From contig JACVJC010000006.1 in the NCBI GenBank assembly GCA_015711795.1, positions 198 through 64,197 of the forward strand: DNA of 64,000 bases, given 5' to 3'. Source of the stretch: Candidatus Geothermocultor quzhuomuensis. GTDB taxonomy: Bacteria > Actinomycetota > Aquicultoria > Geothermocultorales > Geothermocultoraceae. Under the pieces are notes generated by a model. That model did no database searches and was not told the origin of the DNA. It worked only from the letters and a program-made list of their open reading frames with translations. A program made the position numbers and the translations under genes. This document shows positions 32,365 to 41,119 of the stretch, piece by piece (position 1 is the first letter of the stretch; every line of letters starts with the position of its first letter).

Positions 32365-32424
32365 TTAACTGTCAATGTTTTGAAATTTTGTTATTTCAAT
32401 TAGAGGTTTATTCGAAGTTTAAAA

Positions 32425-33066
32425 ATGGGACTTTTGAGCATTTTAGTTATTTTAGTTTTAGCTTTTTTCTTTTCTCTCTTTTTTTTAGCTCTCTTTCTTT
32501 TCCCCTTTACTTATACTTTATTTTCTTTTTTAACTGTTTTTACTATTCCTTCCCAACTCTGGCGCTTGGCAAAAAGTGAAAAGATTCGTCAAAATCACGC
32601 TCTTGAACATGCAACTATTAATGTTTTATCAGAGAAGTATGGATTTAAACATTTAGCTGGTCTTTCCTTTGAGGACGGCTTTTTCATTGGGGGCATTTTC
32701 GACCCTTCTCTAGTTGAGTTAGCAGCTCGAGAAAGTTTAGCAAGGCTAAGAGGGGGTGAAAAGTCCCTTGTTATTCATCGCGAGTGTGGCACTAGCGCGG
32801 GAGTTGGTAATTTGATATCTGCTCTTGTCTTTATCTTTCTCCTCCTCTTAACTGGGCGTTTTTACTTTTTCTACATTATTATTTCTATTCTTTTAGCTTC
32901 CATCCTCGGCTCTTTTTTTGGCAAGTATGCTCAGAAGTATTTAACTACTTCTTCTAATTTAGAGGGAATTGAAATTAAGAGAGTAATCTTTAGGATGCCA
33001 CAAAAATTAGGTTTTTTCCCTCTTCATACTCCTCAAATTTTTGTAGAAACAACCTTTTCCAAGTAA
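32425..33066 (+). CDS. Membrane protein, DUF6391-like
   Basis: RQNHALEHATI and IHRECGT motifs flanked by TM helices. Confidence 0.6.
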   Translation: MGLLSILVILVLAFFFSLFFLALFLFPFTYTLFSFLTVFTIPSQLWRLAKSEKIRQNHALEHATINVLSEKYGFKHLAGLSFEDGFFIGGIFDPSLVELAARESLARLRGGEKSLVIHRECGTSAGVGNLISALVFIFLLLLTGRFYFFYIIISILLASILGSFFGKYAQKYLTTSSNLEGIEIKRVIFRMPQKLGFFPLHTPQIFVETTFSK

Positions 33067-33186
33067 AGAGACTAGGACAATCTTTCTCCTCCAGGAGGGG
33101 ATTAAAGAGGATAAACAAAATTTTCTTAAAAACTCTTGAATTAAAGAGCTTATTTTTTATTTTAGTCATATGGCTTTATTAATCAA

Positions 33187-33840
33187 TCAATTAATTTTGT
33201 AATAGACCGAGACTTTTATTAGACCAAAAAGGAGACTTTTTTCTTCCTTTTTGACGAAGTTAAATTGAGAAAATAAGGGGTCAGAACCTTCATAAGCAAA
33301 TTCTAAGGCTTCTTTGCTTTCAATTAATTTCAACAATGCAAAAAGAGCTTTTCCAATGAAAGTTTTGGTGTATGAAAAGTCAACTATAAGAGCACAACCT
33401 CGGATTTTTAAAATTCGATGAAGTTCTGAAACTGCTTTTAATCTCACTTCTTTAAGCATTTCATGAAGGGTAAAAGCGGCTAAAACAGACTCGAAAGATT
33501 CATCTGAAAAAGGCATTTGAGCCGCGTCACCAAGGATAAATTTTACTCTGGAAGTAAATTTCTTTTTCCTTGCTTCTTCAACCATTGGGCCTGATAAATC
33601 AAGACCAACTAGCTCAAAATATTCGGGGCAACCTTTATCAAGTGCTTTCAAGTTAGAGCCAGTTCCGCAACCAATCTCAAGAATCTTTGAGCCTTTCCTT
33701 AAGTTTTCACATTTTAAAAATGAAACCATTTGTTTACGTAGTTTTGATTCTCCTCCAAAGGGAAAGAGGAGAAACTTTACACCACGGTCATAATAAGGGG
33801 CTAAAAGATTAAAATCATGACTCAGAGAATTTTTTCTCAT
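33187..33840 (-). CDS. Class I SAM-dependent methyltransferase (UbiE-like)
   Basis: ILEIGCGTG, GLDLS..M, GDAAQMPF.DESF, FTLHEM. Confidence 0.85.
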   Translation of the reverse strand: MRKNSLSHDFNLLAPYYDRGVKFLLFPFGGESKLRKQMVSFLKCENLRKGSKILEIGCGTGSNLKALDKGCPEYFELVGLDLSGPMVEEARKKKFTSRVKFILGDAAQMPFSDESFESVLAAFTLHEMLKEVRLKAVSELHRILKIRGCALIVDFSYTKTFIGKALFALLKLIESKEALEFAYEGSDPLFSQFNFVKKEEKSLLFGLIKVSVYYKIN

Positions 33841-33861
33841 AAAACAATTTTGACTTAACTT

Positions 33862-35151
33862 TTAGTCATTTTCCAACTTTGGAAATGAAAAAAATAGGTA
33901 AATTGTAAGGGCAAGAGGCACTAGGGAAGCCAAACTCACAGCTGTTGGTGCCCCGAAGTAATGAGCTAAAGATCCAGCCAGGAGGCTACCAATTGGAGTT
34001 AAACCCATAAACATCCAAACAAAGAAAGACATTACTCTTCCTCGAATCTTTTGAGGAGTGATGGATTGAAGGATGGTGTTTAAAGTGGAAATCACCATCA
34101 GGAAAGAAAAACCTGCTGTTATCATAACCAGTATGGAGAGAAAATAGTTTTGGGAAAGGGCAAAGAAGAGGAGAGAAATGGAAAATATAAGAATTCCATA
34201 TTTGATAAGTTTAGAACGGCGGACAAAGCAAGAAATATAAGCGACCATTAGTGAGCCAGCTAGGGCACCAAATCCGTTTGCTCCCATCAAATTGCCAAAG
34301 ACTTTAGGACCACCGTGGAGAATGTCACGAGCAAAAATGGGCATCAAAACAGAATAAAAAGAAAGACCGAAGACGCTTAAGATGCCCACTCCTAGTAAAA
34401 GATAAAGAACAATTCGGTTTCGCCAAGCATAAAGAAAACCTTCTTTAAACTCTTCCCAACCTGAAAGCTTGATTTCTTTTGCCTGATGTTGGTGATGAAT
34501 GAATAAAAGAGAGGCAATAACTGCTAAAAAGCTGATGCTGTTGAGATAAAAGCAAGCAGCGACACCAAAAGTGGCAATGACAAAGCCAGCTAAAGTTGGT
34601 CCGAGGAGACGAGCTGCATGGAATTGAGCTGAGTTCAGAGCAATGGCATTTAAGAGGTCTTTCCGAGGCACGATTTCTGAAATAAGTGCTTGCCAAGTTG
34701 GAAAACTGAAAGCAAAAGCTATCCCAGCCAAGAAAGCTAGAATTATGATAGAGAAAATGGTATGGATTTTGAATGTAACCAAGATAGCTAAGATAAAAGC
34801 TAGGATCATAGCAGTAACTTGGGTAGCTATTATTAACCATCTCTTGTTAAAGCGGTCAGCGTAAATTCCAGCTGTGAAAGAGAGAAAAAAAACAGGAATT
34901 GAGGATGCAAAGTTAACTAAACCGAGGTATAAAGAGGAGTTAGTTATCTCAAGGACAAGCCAGCCTAAAGCAACTGTTTGAAGCCATGTCCCGATATTAG
35001 AAAGCCCAGCTCCAATCCAAAAAAGGAAAAAATCTCGGTGGTACAAGGAAGCAAAAGTTCTTTTAAATCTGGAAAGTTCTGGACTAACTTCTCTCGTTTC
35101 AGCAATGCTATTAGCTTCAATGGTTTCTCTTTCCAACTTTTTTCTTGCCAT
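33862..35151 (-). CDS. MFS transporter (DUF894/MFS_3-like)
   Basis: 12-TM pattern; GIYADRFNKR motif A, NAIALNS..F..AR..GP, RGRV. Confidence 0.9.
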   Translation of the reverse strand: MARKKLERETIEANSIAETREVSPELSRFKRTFASLYHRDFFLFWIGAGLSNIGTWLQTVALGWLVLEITNSSLYLGLVNFASSIPVFFLSFTAGIYADRFNKRWLIIATQVTAMILAFILAILVTFKIHTIFSIIILAFLAGIAFAFSFPTWQALISEIVPRKDLLNAIALNSAQFHAARLLGPTLAGFVIATFGVAACFYLNSISFLAVIASLLFIHHQHQAKEIKLSGWEEFKEGFLYAWRNRIVLYLLLGVGILSVFGLSFYSVLMPIFARDILHGGPKVFGNLMGANGFGALAGSLMVAYISCFVRRSKLIKYGILIFSISLLFFALSQNYFLSILVMITAGFSFLMVISTLNTILQSITPQKIRGRVMSFFVWMFMGLTPIGSLLAGSLAHYFGAPTAVSLASLVPLALTIYLFFSFPKLEND

Positions 35152-35218
35152 AAGTTGTTATTATATCAAATACTCTGAGGCAATTAGGAAGATTTAAAAA
35201 TAATTTGTAAGTTAATAC

Positions 35219-35248
35219 TTGACAAATATGAATATATGTTGATATAAT
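35219..35248 (+). promoter_or_regulatory. sigma70/SigA promoter of the ars island (TTGACA-18-TATAAT, extended TG) overlapping an ArsR-type imperfect palindrome
   Basis: TTGACA 35219-35224, TATAAT 35243-35248; ATATGAATATATGTTGATAT between and over them. Confidence 0.7.
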
Positions 35249-35283
35249 CAAATTGCACCTTAGTGTAGCTGAGGGGGGCAATA

Positions 35284-35625
35284 ATGGTTAAGGTAAAAAT
35301 TCAGATTTTTGATCCGCCAATGTGCTGTCCCACTGGAATGTGTGGTCCAACTATTGATCCCACTTTGATTGAAATCCACGAAGCCATCGGGCAGGTAGAA
35401 AAGGAATATAACGGGAAAGTCAAAGTGACGCGCCACCTTTTTGGGAAAGATGTGCAGCCATTTTTATCTAATAAAAAGGTTTTAAGTCTAATCCGTGAAA
35501 ATGGCCCAAGCACTCTGCCAATTACCACGGTCGATGGTGATATTATTAAGAGTGGCTCTTATCCTTCATATGAAGAATTGAAAAACTTGGTAGAGACACA
35601 GTTAAATACAGGAGGTAGACGATGA
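35284..35625 (+). CDS. arsD: Arsenic metallochaperone ArsD
   Basis: QIFDPPMCCPTGMCGP (CC-x4-C As(III) site), LPITTVDG, GSYP. Confidence 0.9.
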   Translation: MVKVKIQIFDPPMCCPTGMCGPTIDPTLIEIHEAIGQVEKEYNGKVKVTRHLFGKDVQPFLSNKKVLSLIRENGPSTLPITTVDGDIIKSGSYPSYEELKNLVETQLNTGGRR

Positions 35626-35963
35626 AAGAACTTTGTTCGTTCTTCAAAGTTTTGTCCGACGAGACAAGGTGTAAAATTTTTACTCTTCTTCTTTCCCGGG
35701 AGATGTGCGTCTGCGAGATTGTAAGTGAGCTCGGTCTTTCTCAGTCACTCATCTCTCACCATCTGTATCACTTAAAAGCGGCTGGTCTTGTTAAAGACAG
35801 GCGAGAAGGCGTTTGGATCCACTACTCAATTAATCACGAGAAACTCAATGAATATAAGCTGAAATTCTTACAAGGATTGCAGAAGGCTGCTTCAACTCAA
35901 ATCCCCTGTAAATTTGCCTGCTGTGATATGGAGGTGGCGGCCGGTGCAAAACAGGTCAGCTAA
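35622..35963 (+). CDS. arsR: ArsR/SmtB metalloregulator
   Basis: FKVLSDETR, EMCVCEI (CxC site), SQSLISHHL..L..AGLV; additional C-terminal CKFACC. Confidence 0.92.
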   Translation: MKELCSFFKVLSDETRCKIFTLLLSREMCVCEIVSELGLSQSLISHHLYHLKAAGLVKDRREGVWIHYSINHEKLNEYKLKFLQGLQKAASTQIPCKFACCDMEVAAGAKQVS

Positions 35964-36855
35964 GTTCATCTTCTTCTCGGGAAAAGGAGGCGTCGGGAAA
36001 ACCTCAATGGCTTCTGCCACTGCTGTTTACTATGCAGATCAGGGAAATAAGACCCTCATTGTAACAACAGATCCAGCTTCAAACTTGGCAGATGTCTTTG
36101 GGCAGGAGATTGGTCATAAGATTACCAAAATTAGTGGAATAGAAAACCTCTGGGCGATGGAGATAGATGCGGACAAGGCGACAGCGGAATACAAGGAAAA
36201 TGCTCTGGAACCTTTGAGAGAGCTCTTTCCAGAGGAGATGCTCAAAGTTTTCGAGGAGCAACTTAACTCCCCCTGCACCGAGGAGATGGCTGCCTTTGAC
36301 AAGTTTATCGAGTTTATGCATAATCCCGAGTTTGATGTAGTTATTTTTGACACAGCTCCGACCGGTCACACCTTGCGGCTACTGGAACTGCCTGCCGATT
36401 GGAGCAGACATATTGAAGCAAGCAAGGAGGGAAGTGGCCAGACCTGCATGGGGCCTGTGACCATGCTGGAGGAATCCAAGGCAAAGTACGACGAGGCGAT
36501 AAAACTAATGAAAGATCAAAGTCGGACTAGATTTGTTTTTGTCGTTCAACCGGAAGCGACACCGATTGCTGAGACCAAGAGGTCGGCCACAGAACTTGAA
36601 GAAAAGATCGGTATCAGGGGAACCGAACTGATAATCAACGGGATTCTTCCTGAGAATGAGTGCATCGATCCGTTTTTTAAAAAGCGCTACGAGATGCAGA
36701 TGAAATATGTTGAACAAATTAGAAACGAGATTCCACTACCGACGAAGTTAATGTACTTAAGAGAGCGTGATCTTAGAGGAATTGCGATTTTAAGGGAAGT
36801 TGCTCAGGAACTTCATCAAGAGGTAGAAGCTGAGGCGGTGGCGCAAGGTGATTGA
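35944..36855 (+). CDS. arsA: Single-domain arsenite-stimulated ATPase, A1 half
   Basis: GKGGVGKT, TDPASNL, SPCTEEMAAFD, DTAPTGHT, TCMGP; GTG 35944 follows GGAGG. Confidence 0.92.
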   Translation: MQNRSAKFIFFSGKGGVGKTSMASATAVYYADQGNKTLIVTTDPASNLADVFGQEIGHKITKISGIENLWAMEIDADKATAEYKENALEPLRELFPEEMLKVFEEQLNSPCTEEMAAFDKFIEFMHNPEFDVVIFDTAPTGHTLRLLELPADWSRHIEASKEGSGQTCMGPVTMLEESKAKYDEAIKLMKDQSRTRFVFVVQPEATPIAETKRSATELEEKIGIRGTELIINGILPENECIDPFFKKRYEMQMKYVEQIRNEIPLPTKLMYLRERDLRGIAILREVAQELHQEVEAEAVAQGD

Positions 36856-37744
36856 TGTCAAAAGTATGTTCATTCCCGAAAATGGTCAGATTCGTTCAGT
36901 CTTTTTCGCTGGTAAAGGAGGAGTCGGCAAGACGACTATCTCTTGTGTCACGGCGGTCAAGCTGGCTGAAGAAGGCTACAGAACCTTTCTCTTAAGCACC
37001 GACCCGGCATCTCACCTGGGAGAGGTGTTTGAGCAGGAGATTGGCAGCACCCCGACCGAGATAGAAGGAGTGGAGAATCTCTGGGCAGCCCGTATTGATC
37101 AGGAGAAGGCTGTGGTGGAATATAAAGAGCGTATCCTGGGCGATGCCAGAGGAAAGTACACCGAGGATGTCTTAGCAATGATGGAAGAGCAGCTCGATTC
37201 CCCTTGCACCGAGGAGATGGCAGCTTTTGATAAGTTTATTGAGTATGCTTCCTCCTCAGATTATGAAATCATTGTTTTTGATACTGCCCCAACCGGTCAT
37301 ACATTGCGTCTTCTCGAGCTTCCAGTAGACTGGAGCAAGCAACTTGAGTTTCAGGCTGGTGGAACAGTAATTGCAGATGAATTAAACAAACAGGCTCAGA
37401 ATAGATTCAGGCAAGTTATTGAGCGAATGCGCGACCCTGAGAAGACGACTTTTGCCTTCGTGGTCTACCCTGAGCATACCCCCATTATTGAGGCCTGGCG
37501 AGCCGGCGAAGAGCTCAAAGAAATTGGGGTTTCGACAAAATTGGTGGTAGCAAATTTTGTCTTGCCCGAAGAGCGCTGCACGACAGATTTCTTCAAGAAA
37601 CGATATGAGATGCAGCAGGAGCACCTAAAGGAATTAGGTAAGAAGTTTAAGGCCCCAGTTTTGACAATGCCTCTTCTTGATGGCGAGATAGTGGGTCTTT
37701 ACAATCTTAAAAAAGCTGCTCGCATTCTTTTTGACGAGGAGTGA
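36848..37744 (+). CDS. arsA: Single-domain arsenite-stimulated ATPase, A2 half
   Basis: GKGGVGKT, TDPASHL, SPCTEEMAAFD, DTAPTGHT; overlaps the A1 stop. Confidence 0.92.
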   Translation: MIDVKSMFIPENGQIRSVFFAGKGGVGKTTISCVTAVKLAEEGYRTFLLSTDPASHLGEVFEQEIGSTPTEIEGVENLWAARIDQEKAVVEYKERILGDARGKYTEDVLAMMEEQLDSPCTEEMAAFDKFIEYASSSDYEIIVFDTAPTGHTLRLLELPVDWSKQLEFQAGGTVIADELNKQAQNRFRQVIERMRDPEKTTFAFVVYPEHTPIIEAWRAGEELKEIGVSTKLVVANFVLPEERCTTDFFKKRYEMQQEHLKELGKKFKAPVLTMPLLDGEIVGLYNLKKAARILFDEE

Positions 37745-37749
37745 TAGGA

Positions 37750-37908
37750 ATGGATCAGAATATTGTTATTTCTTTTTCACCACAAGATATTATAAGATTG
37801 ACAATGATTGTAGTGGATGAAGACAAGGAGGAAGCACTTCTCTTCTTGAGAGAGCTAGAAAAAAAGGTAAAAGCTGCTCAAGAAAGTCATTGTAAGCCAA
37901 AAATATGA
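37750..37908 (+). CDS. Small hypothetical protein (52 aa), absent from the ORF track
   Basis: MDQNIVISFSPQDIIRLTMIVVDEDKEEALLFLRELEKKVKAAQESHCKPKI*; fills the gap between arsA2 and the next gene; weak AGGA RBS. Confidence 0.6.
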   Translation: MDQNIVISFSPQDIIRLTMIVVDEDKEEALLFLRELEKKVKAAQESHCKPKI

Positions 37909-37932
37909 TAAAGCTGAAAAGGAGAGTTTGTT

Positions 37933-38292
37933 TTGGGAAATAATAAAGAAAAACATGTCGTTCAGATCTTCGGTGTTGAGGCTGGGGCAGGGGGCTGAGG
38001 CCCTGTCTGTGAGCCCGCGGACTGCGGGCCGGCTCAAACTATGGCTGATCAAGCGGCGGCTGTTGAAACCGAGCTAAAGAGAAGCTTTGGCGACCAGATT
38101 GAGGTGCGCTATATCGATATCTTTATGTCTGCTGAAATTAATTCTTACCCTAACGTCATAGCTGCGGTAATGGCTGGCCAGGCTCCTCTTCCCATTACCT
38201 GCATTGACGGACAACCAAAAATAGCTGGGGGAATTTCCGTTCCAATGATTAAAAAGGAACTTGAGTCATTGGGTCTCAAGCCATCTTCTTAA
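37933..38292 (+). CDS. Putative selenoprotein, ArsD-like thioredoxin fold (119 aa, Sec at codon 22)
   Basis: AAGGAG RBS, TTG start at 37933, in-frame TGA at 37996-37998 in GAGG-U-GPVCEPADCGP, frame continuous with ORF 38041-38292; aligns by eye with ArsD. Confidence 0.75.
37999..38035 (+). promoter_or_regulatory. Candidate bacterial SECIS hairpin
   Basis: Stem GCCCGC (38013-38018) / GCGGGC (38024-38029) with G-initiated loop GGACU starting 20 nt after the UGA. Confidence 0.6.
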
Positions 38293-38334
38293 TAAAAAAA
38301 CCATTCCATTTCTGAGAACAGGAGGAGACAGCAA

Positions 38335-38553
38335 ATGCCAGAATACGACTTCAGATGCGGAAATTGCGGGGAAAAGGTAACTATTCGAGCAACCATTAGC
38401 GAAAGGGAAAAAGGCCTTAACTGCCCACATTGTGGTACTAAAGATTTGCACCAGATTTTTAGTGGTATTACCTTTATTGGTTCTTCTACTGGGTCGGATT
38501 TTTCATCTTTCCCACCAGGCTGCATCCCCGGCGGCGGCTGCTGCCCGTCTTGA
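38335..38553 (+). CDS. FmdB-family zinc-ribbon protein
   Basis: MPEYDFRCGNCG...CPHCG; Cys-rich tail GCIPGGGCCPS. Confidence 0.85.
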   Translation: MPEYDFRCGNCGEKVTIRATISEREKGLNCPHCGTKDLHQIFSGITFIGSSTGSDFSSFPPGCIPGGGCCPS

Positions 38554-38631
38554 GGCTCTGTGAAAAGATAAACTAAATCTTGATAGACCAGGTAAGTTTG
38601 GATAATCAATCTTGTAGAAAGAGGTGATTTT

Positions 38632-40581
38632 ATGCATGTAGAAACGGCACGCAGAGAGAAACTTTCCATCGTTGAGAAACTTTTGCCGGTCTGGATTATC
38701 TTAGCCATGGCGGTCGGTATGGGCGTTGGCAAGCTCATCAATGCCTCGAATGTCGAGCTTCTTCCGCCAATTGTGGCTATCATCTCTATTTTTAAAGGCA
38801 CTTTTCAGTTTGATTTGGGTCACAGCATCTCACTGGGCATCCCCATTGGCCTCTTTTTAATGATCTACCCGGCTATGGTGAAGATTCATATGGAAGATGC
38901 TAAGAAGGCGTTGACCAGTGGCCGGGCGGCTGGTGTTGTTGTCTTCTTTAACTATGCTATTAATCCCTTTCTGCTGTGGCTTTTTGGCTGGATTTTTCTA
39001 CGCAATCATCCTGATCTCTGGACTGGACTAATTCTTTTGGGTGTGGCACCGTGTATCGCTATGGTCTTAGTTTGGACCGACCTTGCCAAGGGAAACAACG
39101 CTATGGCTTTAACCCTGATGGCCTGGAACTCCTTGATTCAGATGATCACCACTCCCCTATTTATCTTTTTGATTATTGGTTCTCGGGTTAAGCTTGACAT
39201 AAGTCTGATTGCCGAAAGTGTCATCCTCTTTCTTGGCTTGCCTCTCTTGGTCGGCGTGCTAACCCGAGGGAGCGCCATCAAGCGAAAGGGAGAGGAATGG
39301 TTCGAGAAGAGATTTGTGCCGGTCATAAACAATATTCAGCTCATCGCTCTGCTTTTTACATTGGTCATTATGTTTTCACTTAAGGGCGATGTAATAATAG
39401 CCAAGCCGGAACTCATCTATCTAATGGCAGTTCCTTTGATCTTGTTTTTCGTCACCCTCTTTATGCTGACCTTCTTTGTGGCAAGGCAGGTCAAGCTCAA
39501 TTATGAGGATTCGGTAGCTGTTGCTTTCAACTCTACAGGCAGAAACTTTGAATTATCAATTGCGATTGCTCTGACTGCGTTTGTGGCAAGGCCGATGGTC
39601 GGTGTCTCAACGGTGGTAGGTCCCTTGATAGAGGTTCCAGTGATGCTGGGTCTGGTCTATTTTGCCAAGCGGGTGAGTACCAGCTTGTTTGCTGTTAGAA
39701 AGGAGCCCGAAGCGATGTTTGAGAGAGTGCTTTTTGCTACAGATTTCTCTGATTGTTCCTGGGCAGCTTTTAAGTGCCTTGAGGAGCTCAAAGTGGCCAA
39801 AGAGGTAATCCTAACACACATAGTCGACACAAACATTGCCAGTGAGGGCAAAACAGAATTCTTACTTGAAAGCGCCAGAACAGATATGGACGAGAAAAGA
39901 GAACTCCTTAAGAAACAGGGTTTTTCAGTCAAAACTGTTGTGAGGCTTGGAGTGGTGACCAGAGAAATTCTGAAAGTGGCGGAGGAAGAGAGGGCATCTC
40001 TAATCATGGTTGGCGCCCGAGGAGCCGGCCTTTTGAGAGAACTTGTTTTAGGTAGTACTCCTTCAGAGCTCATCCGCTATGGGCGCTTCCCTGTTCTAAT
40101 CCTTCGTCATCAGGTTGTAGAGCGGATGGGTGAAAGAAAATGTGAGGGCGTTTGTGAGAATTTCTTAAAGAAGGTTGTAGTGCCGACAGATTTTTCCCAG
40201 TATGCAAATCGGGTTCTTGGGCATATAGTCGAGAGAAAATCCGAGTTGCCGGTAGAAGAAGTTGTCCTGGTCAATGTGGTTGATAGAGGTGAAGACGCGC
40301 AGGCAATTGAGGCTCATAAAGAAGAGGCAAAAGCTGAGCTGGCAGCCTTGGCTGAAAAACTCGAGAAAGAAGGTTTCAAAACCAGCGTTCATGTCCATGT
40401 AGGAAGTCCTTCAAAAGAAATTATTAGAGTGGCCGAAGAGGAAGATGTCTCTCTTATTATGATAGGAGCAAAAGGAAAGGGGCTATGGAAGGAAATCCTT
40501 TTGGGGAGCACGTCAGAGCAGGTAGCACGGCATGCAGACCGTCCAGTACTTGTATTTAAGCCATTAGAAAGTTTTGCTTAA
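38632..40581 (+). CDS. acr3: Acr3 arsenite efflux permease fused to two universal stress protein (USP) domains
   Basis: LMIYPAM, GVAPCIAMV, GRNFELSIA, VGPLIEVPV in about residues 1-350; then two USP repeats VLFATDFS...LGSTPSEL and VVVPTDFS...LGSTSEQV. Confidence 0.9.
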   Translation: MHVETARREKLSIVEKLLPVWIILAMAVGMGVGKLINASNVELLPPIVAIISIFKGTFQFDLGHSISLGIPIGLFLMIYPAMVKIHMEDAKKALTSGRAAGVVVFFNYAINPFLLWLFGWIFLRNHPDLWTGLILLGVAPCIAMVLVWTDLAKGNNAMALTLMAWNSLIQMITTPLFIFLIIGSRVKLDISLIAESVILFLGLPLLVGVLTRGSAIKRKGEEWFEKRFVPVINNIQLIALLFTLVIMFSLKGDVIIAKPELIYLMAVPLILFFVTLFMLTFFVARQVKLNYEDSVAVAFNSTGRNFELSIAIALTAFVARPMVGVSTVVGPLIEVPVMLGLVYFAKRVSTSLFAVRKEPEAMFERVLFATDFSDCSWAAFKCLEELKVAKEVILTHIVDTNIASEGKTEFLLESARTDMDEKRELLKKQGFSVKTVVRLGVVTREILKVAEEERASLIMVGARGAGLLRELVLGSTPSELIRYGRFPVLILRHQVVERMGERKCEGVCENFLKKVVVPTDFSQYANRVLGHIVERKSELPVEEVVLVNVVDRGEDAQAIEAHKEEAKAELAALAEKLEKEGFKTSVHVHVGSPSKEIIRVAEEEDVSLIMIGAKGKGLWKEILLGSTSEQVARHADRPVLVFKPLESFA

Positions 40582-40590
40582 GAGGATCCA

Positions 40591-41115
40591 ATGCTCAAAA
40601 AGCAATATGACCGTGTGGAAGAACGAGAAAAAGTATTCGAATTAATGGATCTAAACACCAAGCATGTTCTTGATCTTGGCACTTGTGGCTGCGATTGTAT
40701 GACGATGATTTTGGCCAAAAATGGTTTTAGAGTGACACCAGTCGATAACTCTGAGGAGAAGTTAGCTGAAGCTAAGGAATTTGCACAGCAGGAAGGACTT
40801 TCCGAAAGCATAGATTTTCGGCATGAAGACGCAGCTAATCTTTCTTTTGCCGATGGTTCGTTTGAAGCTGTTGTGGCTTATAATCTTTTGCATCATTGTG
40901 ACGATGTTGACGGAGTCGTTTCAGAGATGTTTCGAGTTTGCAAACCAGACGGAAAAATAATCATTGCTGAACTTAATGCTGATGGGAGAAGGGAGGCAGA
41001 ACATCGGAGGGACCGGCGATTTCTCAAGAAAGTCCAGAAATTGATAGAAAAACAGGGCCGAGAATTTGAAGTATTTGATCTTGATTTCACTCGAGTATGG
41101 ATCGTCAGGAGGTGA
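40591..41115 (+). CDS. Small class I SAM-dependent methyltransferase with Cys-rich motif I
   Basis: VLDLGTCGCDC, VDNS, EDAANLSFADGSFEAV, LHH, FRVCKPDG. Confidence 0.75.
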   Translation: MLKKQYDRVEEREKVFELMDLNTKHVLDLGTCGCDCMTMILAKNGFRVTPVDNSEEKLAEAKEFAQQEGLSESIDFRHEDAANLSFADGSFEAVVAYNLLHHCDDVDGVVSEMFRVCKPDGKIIIAELNADGRREAEHRRDRRFLKKVQKLIEKQGREFEVFDLDFTRVWIVRR

Positions 41116-41119
41116 GATT

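Noticed and set aside
38289-38801. 170-aa minus-strand ORF
   Set aside because: Antisense shadow of the FmdB and acr3 genes; no independent motif.
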